Origin: a virus
Length of the DNA: 64,000 nt
Virus record (IMG/VR): IMGVR_UViG_3300025133_006890
Coordinates: 1-64,000 of that record
Direction: 5' to 3' (one strand)
Every line of letters starts with the position of its first letter. The stretch's first letter is position 1. Under the pieces are notes generated by a model. It was not told the DNA's origin. It saw only the letters and a program-made list of their open reading frames with translations, and ran no database searches. Positions 56,346 to 64,000 of the stretch are shown here, in pieces. The translations under genes were made by a program, and so were the position numbers.

Positions 56346-57172
56346 TGGCTTTCTTAAAAAAGAAAGAAGAAGTAATTGATTTGGTTTTGACCCGCAAAGG
56401 TCGAGAGATGTTTGCGAAGGGAGAGCTGAACCCAACATACTATTCTTTTTATGATGATGAAATTATCTATGATTTGGCTCATGCAGACTCTTCTAGTTCT
56501 GAACCGCAGAGCGATTCCAAGACGAGAATCGACACTGGCTTGTTCTTGAAAAATCAAACAGACTGGCAAACAGTCAAGACAACAGGGCAGCCACAAAGAG
56601 ATATCAACCCATTCTTCAAAGAGTTGGGAACAAGCTCCCCGATAAGACAGTTTAGGCCGTCGTGGGACGTAAGAGTCCAAGAGGGTTATATTTCGGGCAG
56701 CTTCTCAGGATCCGCTCCAGAACGAGCTGTTGACTTTACACCCCCGGAATATAAGGGTTTAGTGAAGATTTATGATGGAATCGCCATTCCACAGATTGAC
56801 TTGTTCTGTGATTATGATGTTACGATTTCTAAAGAGAAAAACTCATATGAATATAAGGGTGAAAACTTTGACCAGAAGAGAGTCATGTTGCTAGCAACAT
56901 CTTCGAAAGACATTGCCTTGACCATTGAGGAACACAATGTAGAAGAAGAGGATTTTGAATTGGAAGTATTCCAATATGATTACGATACCAACGAAACTCC
57001 GACCTTGAAGAGGTTGTACTTCACAGAAGATCGTCTCGCCCCCGATGTGGTCAGTTATTTTTTCAATATTAAAACCGATACAGACTCTAAGGACTTGCCA
57101 TCTATTAAGTTTATCACCGATGGTTCTGATCCGTCCAAAACTGGATTTAAAGAAGAAGAGGATGATTGCTAA
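56345..57172 (+). CDS. Putative baseplate/tail structural protein
   Basis: VIDLVLTRKGREMFAKG...YYSFYDDEIIYD resembles the LTxxGR N-terminal motif of tail-collar/baseplate proteins; TAATG coupling. Confidence 0.65.
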   Translation: MAFLKKKEEVIDLVLTRKGREMFAKGELNPTYYSFYDDEIIYDLAHADSSSSEPQSDSKTRIDTGLFLKNQTDWQTVKTTGQPQRDINPFFKELGTSSPIRQFRPSWDVRVQEGYISGSFSGSAPERAVDFTPPEYKGLVKIYDGIAIPQIDLFCDYDVTISKEKNSYEYKGENFDQKRVMLLATSSKDIALTIEEHNVEEEDFELEVFQYDYDTNETPTLKRLYFTEDRLAPDVVSYFFNIKTDTDSKDLPSIKFITDGSDPSKTGFKEEEDDC

Positions 57173-57175
57173 GAT

Positions 57176-59125
57176 ATGACAATGGATTTTCAATTTCTAG
57201 ATAAAGAAGACAACAACGATAATATACAAGACGTTGTAGACTTCGTGGAAGATCACGAAGAGCTATCCTCTCCTGTTCCATCTTCAGCGCTTCCCGAGCA
57301 AGAATTTTCTGATGATATCCGAAGCCCAAGCACCACAAAGTTGGTCTTCTCAAATAAGAGCGCAATTGTGTCAGACTTTATTGACTTGTCTGTCGAAAGA
57401 ATCAAAATTGAGAATAATCTAGTTGATGTTATCTATTCTTTGAGAGGCAATGTTTTTTCTGGTGATGGTGAAATAAACTTTAGAGTGATTGCATTTGATG
57501 ACTCCAACATTGATTTAATAAAAGATATTGATTTCGACGATCTAGAAAGAGATTACGAACAGCTGTTTCTTCCAAAAACAAATATACTCAGAGAGAAGTT
57601 TTTCCTAAAAGGTAAGGAGATTATAGTTGAGGACTTTTCCGTTTCCCGACCAGACGACAAAACTCAAACAAAAATAAGAATCAAAGAGGGCATAAAAAAT
57701 GTGACTTTGTATTTGGTGACTTATGATACGTCTGAAGATAATTCAATTTTGATATTCAAGCTTGGGATCATAAAAAACAAATCTATTTCTAAAACTGAGT
57801 CTGTCTATGACTTAAGACATCAAAACGACAAAACAAAGGATCTAGAGCCAGTTAACGAGCTGGACGCCAAAGAATTAATAAAAGAAAAAGATTTATATAT
57901 GTTTTCACCACTTCACGGCTCGGTGGACCCGGACAACAACTTTAGGTTTCTTTTTGGCGTTAACGTTATGAAATATATGAAGTCTAGAGTTGCTTTTCCT
58001 GAACTATTAGAAGAGGATATTTTCAAAGATAGCGTGATAAACGCTCATATTATCAGATCAAGAGTCGAGAGATATAGTTTTGAAGATCGCTCTGAGCACA
58101 AAAGAGTTGAAGTTCATTCTGCTCCTGATAACATTTCCCTAACGAACTCGACTGGATTTATGTATTTCACCGGAGTGGACCCTGGAATCAATATTCAGTC
58201 CACATACAAATACACAGCAAACATTACAACGTTTGACCCAACAATCAAAAAAGCTAAAAAGATTCTTCAAGACATGAGGGATGTACACAATAATCTTTCG
58301 ACATTTACTGGTGTTGAATTAAACAACGAAATGTCGAAATTGTTCATTATAGTAATGGACATATTTGATTCCAAGCTACCAAGCGAGTTTGAGTTTTTGA
58401 GAGCAGTTGTTGACGAGTCATCCGAAGTTGGGGTTCTGAAAGAAAACGTCGTAATGTTACAACACGACCTACAAGCCCTAGCAGATCAATACGACAGAAG
58501 ACTAGACTCTTATCTATCTTCAGCAAGGAAATACAGAGAAGAGACAGCGACAGCTAGCATGACCAAACTAAAATTAAACTCGAAAGAGGTCGCCGACCAT
58601 GTTGGGATTTTAAAGAAAGAATATTTAGTTTCTCGAAGGATCTATGATACTGAATTTGACATGAGCGAGCTAAAGGAGATGGGTTCTGGTTTGAAGAGGA
58701 TCAATTCAAACGATATTAAATTGATGTACCAGCAGTCTCCGAAAATTGAAAGTATTCTAAAGTTTCGAAAGGGCCAGCTTTCCATGTTCAGAACCTTTTC
58801 TCAAAGCGTTGTTAACAGTAAATTGTTACCTCAAGGTGGCGCCGATGTTAAAACAAAAACTGAAGGCTCAGCCGTTTCAGATAATCCGTCCAAGGATGAG
58901 TCTGATTTCGTTTTAGAGGGAGCCTTTTTCGTAGAGGATGTATTTATTGAGTACCTGAAGGGTTATAATTCCGATCTATTAGAAGAGTTTGAATCAATAA
59001 CGTCGGAGAACTGGAGAAGACTAAATCTTTCTTCTATAGAATCTCTGCCTGCGGGTAGCATGTATTTGGCTAGAGTATCCTTGGCAGAAGATTACAGAGA
59101 CAAGTATTTTTATATAGAGAAGTAA
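57176..59125 (+). CDS. Hypothetical protein in tail module
   Basis: 649 aa ORF tightly packed between neighbours. Confidence 0.7.
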   Translation: MTMDFQFLDKEDNNDNIQDVVDFVEDHEELSSPVPSSALPEQEFSDDIRSPSTTKLVFSNKSAIVSDFIDLSVERIKIENNLVDVIYSLRGNVFSGDGEINFRVIAFDDSNIDLIKDIDFDDLERDYEQLFLPKTNILREKFFLKGKEIIVEDFSVSRPDDKTQTKIRIKEGIKNVTLYLVTYDTSEDNSILIFKLGIIKNKSISKTESVYDLRHQNDKTKDLEPVNELDAKELIKEKDLYMFSPLHGSVDPDNNFRFLFGVNVMKYMKSRVAFPELLEEDIFKDSVINAHIIRSRVERYSFEDRSEHKRVEVHSAPDNISLTNSTGFMYFTGVDPGINIQSTYKYTANITTFDPTIKKAKKILQDMRDVHNNLSTFTGVELNNEMSKLFIIVMDIFDSKLPSEFEFLRAVVDESSEVGVLKENVVMLQHDLQALADQYDRRLDSYLSSARKYREETATASMTKLKLNSKEVADHVGILKKEYLVSRRIYDTEFDMSELKEMGSGLKRINSNDIKLMYQQSPKIESILKFRKGQLSMFRTFSQSVVNSKLLPQGGADVKTKTEGSAVSDNPSKDESDFVLEGAFFVEDVFIEYLKGYNSDLLEEFESITSENWRRLNLSSIESLPAGSMYLARVSLAEDYRDKYFYIEK

Positions 59126-59128
59126 ATT

Positions 59129-62100
59129 ATGCCAGTTTTGAAAAATGTAAAGGCTACCTGGAATGACCCATGGCAAGTTATTGATATCTTTGCCGAAGGT
59201 ATAATGTCAGTCCAACGCGTTGAGTTTGGAGATCTTGAACCCGGATCTGACGTTGGAGAATTTAAATCATCTTGGATTTCGGTCAGAGAGGCTCCACCCG
59301 CAAGAATTCTAAGCGGTGTTGGCAACTCTGCTCCTGTCGGCGCTTTTAGAATCAATGTAATTTTTTCAAACGGAGATGCTCCTTTTTCTCTTGATTTTGA
59401 ATTGGTGATCAAAAATGACAACACAAAGGTTGTTCAGCCAATACAAACACAGCAGGCGACAGAACCAGAATCTCTCCCAATTCAAGAGACTGTGCTACCA
59501 GTCAAAAAATCAGAAGTTAATAAAGAAGAAGTCGCCGAACAAGTCCTTGAATCTGTTGTCTCATCTTCTACGGAATTGCTGAAAAAAGAGTCTACTAAGA
59601 TCATCAACACATCAATTACTAAGAACGTTCCTGAGATAACTAAGAAAACTTTAAAAGGCGCAGCACAAGAACAGAGCGTAATATTAGATGAAACCACTGT
59701 TATTTCGAAACTGAAAACAATAGAACCCACAATTAAATCAACAGTCAGCGCTGAAATGTCTGGCAAGAAAGAAGACATTATATCGGACAGCCTTACTGCG
59801 ATCTCTCAAGATATACAAACATCAGTAGAAAACTTTATCGACAAAGCGCTAGAGAAGAATCCAAACGAGACACAAGACAACCTTGTGAAAGAGGCAGTTT
59901 CTTTCTTAGCAGAAGACACATTAGAGAAGGCAAAAGTTAAATTCTCAGGTCTTGTTGAAGCAGAAGTCACCACATCAGCAGAAGATAAATCCAACACATC
60001 TGTTGATGAATTAGAAATTAAAACAAAAGAAGAGAACGTCATCGAGAACGCAGAGAAAGAAATTGCGATTGATGCTGACCTCAAGAAGTTTACGCAGGCA
60101 GCTCTGTCAACCGCACAATACAGATGGAATATTTGCAATAGAGATGTAGATAGCGTTGGCGCATCTGGAGTACAAGAGTGTATTGACACCCAAACTGAGG
60201 TATATGTTTCTGGAGTTGGCTATCAAGACCTTTCTTTCATGGTTGAGTTTCCGAAAGATCTTCCTCACCTAACACAAATGAGGAGGGACAACCTACTTGG
60301 AACCGCCCCTTCTATTTCCGAGCTTGCGGAAAAGGCAGCGAAAGAAGCCGAAGAAGCCGCCAAGGCAGCGAAAGAAGCCGAAGAAGCCGCCAAGGCAGCG
60401 AAAGACGCCGCCCAAAAGAAGGCCGCCGAAGAAGCCGCCGCTAAAGCTAAAGCTGAAGCAGAGAAGAAAGCCCTGATTGCCAAGCAAGCTAAAGAAGCTA
60501 AAGAAAAAGAACGTCTAGCAAAGGAAGCCGCAGCAGCCGCAGCCAAAGCCGCTGCTATAGAAAAAGCTGCCAAGGAAGAATCTGAGCGACTTGCCAAGGA
60601 AGCTGCCGACAAAGCCGCCAAAGCAGCCGCAGCCAAAGCAGCCGCCGACAAACTAGCAGCACAGAAAGCTGCCGCAGCAGCCGCCGCCGCAGCAGCAGCA
60701 GCCAAAGCGGCAGCGGAACAAGCTCTAAAGGAAAAGAAAAGAAAGGAAGAAGAAGAGGCAGCAGCCAAAGCAGCCGCCGAAGCCGCAGCAAAAATAGCTA
60801 AAGATAACGCATCAGTAGCAGCTGCCTTCGCTGAAGAACTGGGAACTATTTCGGATCTTACTCAAGTTGTAAATCTTAAAGATCCGGTTGAGTTCACAGA
60901 GGTTAAGAGCGATCTGAAAGAAGTCAAATCTCTTATTGGACAAGCCAAAGCAGACATAGAAAAATATGAAGAATCTCTTCCGATTTATGAAGAACAAAAG
61001 ACTGATTTTATTGCAAGGTTTACTTCCGTAAAAGCTAGAGCTTCTGCTAACGAGTTGTTGACCATATCTGATGAGCGAAATGAGCTTGTTGGAAACCTAT
61101 TGAACCATACTATTTCAATTCTCACTGCTCGTGAAGCATCGCTTGAGGCTTTGAAGAATGTTTATGAACTCAAAGCAAAGATGGGAGAGTCGTGCAAGGT
61201 CGAGGGCTGCAAAAAGATAACACTAGCAATAGACAACACGATAAGAATCATTTCCTCAGATTATAGAATCATAGAGGCTCAAGAAATTGAGGTTAGCAAG
61301 TTAAGTGCTCCAATAGATAAAGACCCAGACATCATTGTTAAGGTTCTTTCTAATCCAAAAATACAATACAATAGTACCATTTTGCCGATCGTAAAGACGA
61401 CTGCACAAAAAATAACAGACTTGGCACGAAAATCTGTTTCTAAGGTTGAACTGTTTGTTTCATCAATATCGTCCAGAAGAGACTCTATAAACGTCAGGCG
61501 CAAGAAACTAACAACAGCAGTTGTCAGGGAGCAGGTAAAGCTTCTCAAACCACCGCCCCCTCCGCCACCGCCAATTGATAGTGCTGCGAGCAAGGCTTCT
61601 AAGAAGCCGGTTGATATCTTGAAGATACCCCCTAAGAAGTTAAAAACAAACGAACACTTATTGTTTGACCCTGATGTAGTTTTTGCTAATAATATTGACG
61701 AAGTAAAAGATGTCTTTAGACTAGCTCTCGGCAAGGTGTGGAAGAAAAGCTCTGGCTATTCTTTTGGAGGAATTCTAAAGGGCAAATACAAGATGTATAA
61801 TAGTTGGAAGATTTGGAAAGATAGTAAGTCCAACGATAAGAAGCTACCATTTATTTCATATTACGCAAAAGTAATGAGCGCCCATAAAGATTTTCAACAC
61901 ATCCTTCATGCCGCAGATTTCAGAACGATTGGTATTTTTGATTTAATTCAGTCGAATTCAACCCTTACAGAAGATATAACAGATCCTTCTGGAGAGACGT
62001 TTGTGTGGCAAATTGAGATAAGCAAAGAGATAGAAGAATTTATGTCTGAGTCAGATTTGTTGTGGTCTTCGTGGCTTAACCAGCCAATTTTTGAAGTGAT

Positions 62101-64000
62101 GATTGCAATTTTGAGCAACTCGATGAAGGAAGAACATGATGATTTTACATTTAGATTAAACTCGTTTGATTCTGGCAAGATTGAAGAGGAAGATTCCAAA
62201 AATGTTTTGGAACTGAATCCAGAATACGATAGATATGAGCCAAAGTGTGAAAACATACCAGAAGACAAAAACGAATCATCGTTGAACTTTGTTTACTCCG
62301 GTGATGTAACAACAAAAGAGCTTAGTTCTGGCGATCAGTCGCCCCCCGAGGGCCTTGGTTGCGACACTGGTACGAAAAACCATCCAGCTCTGAAGCGCTT
62401 GTATTTTAGAAGAAAGAATCTAAATGAATTTTCAAGTAAGGCCGTTGTCGGACTTCGTAAGGAGAAGAAAGAAGTTACTAATCTTTTCGGAAGAAAGATT
62501 GAACAAGAATCAATAGTTAGCAGAAAGCCACCGCTCTCTGTTACACTTAAGACCAACAATGTTGTGGAGATTGCTCCGGATAAGATTGAGAGTCTGACAA
62601 TCCCCGGCCCATCCGGTAAGGCAGACGAGTTTACCAAACTGTATACAAAAGCTTATATGTTGTTTGATTATTATCTGAATACGAATAATAAACCGACGGT
62701 GCCTTGGCCTCTGTCCGAACCTATTGATAAGTTGGGCAAAACTAAGTTTATTAGGTGGGACGGAGAAAAAGAAAGCGAAGAGTTCTTGGACACCTTGAAT
62801 GCCGACCAATTAATCATAGGTCCGTCAACAACAGCAACGGGCGAAAACCTGTCAGGCCCCGGCACGGCAATCTTTTCTTTCAAGCACATGAATGGAGAAC
62901 ATCTTTCAGATGAAATATTCGGCCCAGACAGTACATCAACAGGCCAGCACTCCACAAGGATAAACAGTGCGAACGAATATAATACTTTAGGGAAGGTAAC
63001 AGAGTTTATTCAATATAGAACATTCAACGATCTGCTGGCCGGCAACCTATCTCAAGTTGAGGTTGTTGGATTTAGAATTGATAAGAGCTTGACCAATAAG
63101 TTTGACAAAGAGAAGGGCGATATCATCCAGTCGATATTTATTCCACATGACAAAGAGAAGTTTAATGTTGAATACATTGATGGACAAATAAAATATGACA
63201 AGAAATATTATTATAACGTTAGCGTGGTCTTGATTGTGCATGGAACAAAATATTCATATTTCGGCCCGACAAAGGGTGGCTTTGATTTGTCAGCAACTCC
63301 AAAATTGAAAGCACAACAGAAAAAAGGAAAGCTGGAAGGCTGGTTTAATCAGGTTACTTTTGGTGTGAAAACCAGACCAGTCACCAAACTGTTTAGTGTC
63401 CCCTTAATTCGACCAGACAGAGCACCAGAGGTCTTTGTCCGTGCCCCGGTTACTGTATCTCCTGTTGTTTCCTTGTGGCCATACAGAGCAGTCAGTGATA
63501 AGTTCTTGTTTGTGTTCCAACCGGGAACGGGAAGATTCGTTAGAGATGTTGTTGTCGAACCTCACACCAAGTATGAAAAGCAGAGAGAGTTTTTGAGGCT
63601 AACAAACGAATTCTGGACGACACCAAGAGACAAGATGGCATTCGATGATGCAGAGCCGGTTAAAGAGGTTTATTTGTATCGGACTACCAAAAGACCAGAA
63701 AGTTATTTAGATATGTTCGCAGCAGAATTTTTACAGAAAGTGGACACAACCAACAAAGCCTTCTTTGTTGACAACCCGCTGCCGAATACTAAGTATTATT
63801 ATATGGCAGTAGCCAGAGGTGTTCACGGGCAAGACTCTTTGCCTTCCGCAATCTTTGAGCTTGAGTTGGTTGACCAAGACGGATCTGTTTTTCCTGTTAT
63901 CAGAGATATCGACATAGCCAAAAAGCAAAAAGAGAAAACCAGCATTACATTTAATAAGGCATTGGCAATCTCGCCAGCTTTCTTACAGTCCGCTCCAAAC
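59129..64000 (+). CDS. Very large 3'-truncated ORF (at least 1624 codons; absent from the supplied track): Ala/Lys/Glu helical stalk, poly-Pro hinge, FN3-like C-terminal motifs
   Basis: ATG 59129 (MPVLKNVKATWNDPW), 3 nt after the upstream stop; my manual translation found no stop and reads ...AISPAFLQSAPN at 64000; motifs YIDGQIKYDKKYYYNV and FVDNPLPNTKYYYMAVA. Confidence 0.85.
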   Translation, partial: MPVLKNVKATWNDPWQVIDIFAEGIMSVQRVEFGDLEPGSDVGEFKSSWISVREAPPARILSGVGNSAPVGAFRINVIFSNGDAPFSLDFELVIKNDNTKVVQPIQTQQATEPESLPIQETVLPVKKSEVNKEEVAEQVLESVVSSSTELLKKESTKIINTSITKNVPEITKKTLKGAAQEQSVILDETTVISKLKTIEPTIKSTVSAEMSGKKEDIISDSLTAISQDIQTSVENFIDKALEKNPNETQDNLVKEAVSFLAEDTLEKAKVKFSGLVEAEVTTSAEDKSNTSVDELEIKTKEENVIENAEKEIAIDADLKKFTQAALSTAQYRWNICNRDVDSVGASGVQECIDTQTEVYVSGVGYQDLSFMVEFPKDLPHLTQMRRDNLLGTAPSISELAEKAAKEAEEAAKAAKEAEEAAKAAKDAAQKKAAEEAAAKAKAEAEKKALIAKQAKEAKEKERLAKEAAAAAAKAAAIEKAAKEESERLAKEAADKAAKAAAAKAAADKLAAQKAAAAAAAAAAAAKAAAEQALKEKKRKEEEEAAAKAAAEAAAKIAKDNASVAAAFAEELGTISDLTQVVNLKDPVEFTEVKSDLKEVKSLIGQAKADIEKYEESLPIYEEQKTDFIARFTSVKARASANELLTISDERNELVGNLLNHTISILTAREASLEALKNVYELKAKMGESCKVEGCKKITLAIDNTIRIISSDYRIIEAQEIEVSKLSAPIDKDPDIIVKVLSNPKIQYNSTILPIVKTTAQKITDLARKSVSKVELFVSSISSRRDSINVRRKKLTTAVVREQVKLLKPPPPPPPPIDSAASKASKKPVDILKIPPKKLKTNEHLLFDPDVVFANNIDEVKDVFRLALGKVWKKSSGYSFGGILKGKYKMYNSWKIWKDSKSNDKKLPFISYYAKVMSAHKDFQHILHAADFRTIGIFDLIQSNSTLTEDITDPSGETFVWQIEISKEIEEFMSESDLLWSSWLNQPIFEVMIAILSNSMKEEHDDFTFRLNSFDSGKIEEEDSKNVLELNPEYDRYEPKCENIPEDKNESSLNFVYSGDVTTKELSSGDQSPPEGLGCDTGTKNHPALKRLYFRRKNLNEFSSKAVVGLRKEKKEVTNLFGRKIEQESIVSRKPPLSVTLKTNNVVEIAPDKIESLTIPGPSGKADEFTKLYTKAYMLFDYYLNTNNKPTVPWPLSEPIDKLGKTKFIRWDGEKESEEFLDTLNADQLIIGPSTTATGENLSGPGTAIFSFKHMNGEHLSDEIFGPDSTSTGQHSTRINSANEYNTLGKVTEFIQYRTFNDLLAGNLSQVEVVGFRIDKSLTNKFDKEKGDIIQSIFIPHDKEKFNVEYIDGQIKYDKKYYYNVSVVLIVHGTKYSYFGPTKGGFDLSATPKLKAQQKKGKLEGWFNQVTFGVKTRPVTKLFSVPLIRPDRAPEVFVRAPVTVSPVVSLWPYRAVSDKFLFVFQPGTGRFVRDVVVEPHTKYEKQREFLRLTNEFWTTPRDKMAFDDAEPVKEVYLYRTTKRPESYLDMFAAEFLQKVDTTNKAFFVDNPLPNTKYYYMAVARGVHGQDSLPSAIFELELVDQDGSVFPVIRDIDIAKKQKEKTSITFNKALAISPAFLQSAPN
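60332..60800 (+). repeat. 30-nt tandem repeat (~2.5 copies, 60332-60405) leading into a low-complexity Ala/Lys/Glu coding tract
   Basis: aaggcagcgaaagaagccgaagaagccgcc repeated, encoding KAAKEAEEAA, followed by gcc/gca-rich codons (KAAAAAAAAAAAAKAAAEQ). Confidence 0.9.

Noticed and set aside
408-63928. Minus-strand and alternative-frame short ORFs in the track (e.g. 6317-6628, 6393-6698, 6414-6851, 60265-60768, 61279-61734)
   Set aside because: All lie within longer plus-strand genes, mostly as antisense shadows of repetitive or low-complexity coding sequence, with no recognisable motifs.
1-64000. Eukaryotic giant virus origin, suggested by the glycosylation genes and HRxxGPA repeats
   Set aside because: Shine-Dalgarno sites, sigma70 promoters, overlapping operonic genes, peptidoglycan-active domains and gp25/gp6 baseplate genes indicate a bacteriophage.
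1-64000. Stop-codon reassignment
   Set aside because: Standard-code ORFs tile the window densely, and TAA, TGA and TAG (e.g. 13123, 38261) all end genes at coupled junctions.
1-64000. tRNA/rRNA genes, introns, inteins, reverse transcriptase/DGR, transposases
   Set aside because: Intergenic gaps are under 90 nt and no such motifs were recognised by eye; a covariance-model or HMM scan would be needed for certainty.

Overview
The window is an almost gap-free, entirely plus-strand segment of a large T4-like (myovirus/jumbo-type) bacteriophage genome, in five blocks. (1) 1-11.8 kb: very large mosaic proteins whose unrelated domains (HRxxGPA repeats, PcfJ-like, SGNH hydrolase, lytic transglycosylase, HExxH peptidase, peptidoglycan-binding, three nucleotidyltransferase/ligase-type folds) are separated by acidic linkers rich in [L/I/M]-x-E motifs, plus a purA gene that overlies a long run of helically phased A/T tracts. 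(2) 11.9-14.2 kb: small genes and a PD-(D/E)xK nuclease behind a sigma70-type promoter. (3) 14.2-38.05 kb: an ~24 kb translationally coupled glycan biosynthesis cluster with about ten glycosyltransferase(-like) genes, gmd, neuA/neuB-family genes, an epimerase, methyltransferases, NTP-transferase/HAD/kinase modules and Pol-beta-type nucleotidyltransferases, and no recognisable exporter or polymerase. (4) 38-40 kb: small genes and a gp55-like late sigma factor. (5) 40-64 kb: baseplate/tail module (gp5-like, gp25, gp6, LamG protein, very large structural proteins), ending in a >1600-codon ORF that is missing from the supplied track because it runs off the window. The most interesting candidates are a virion-glycosylation system (glycan cluster plus [S/T]-[G/A/S]-S-rich tail proteins), protease-processed capsid-cargo polyproteins with nested internal promoters and starts, and the curved-DNA element inside purA. 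All family calls come from motif recognition by eye, without database searches.
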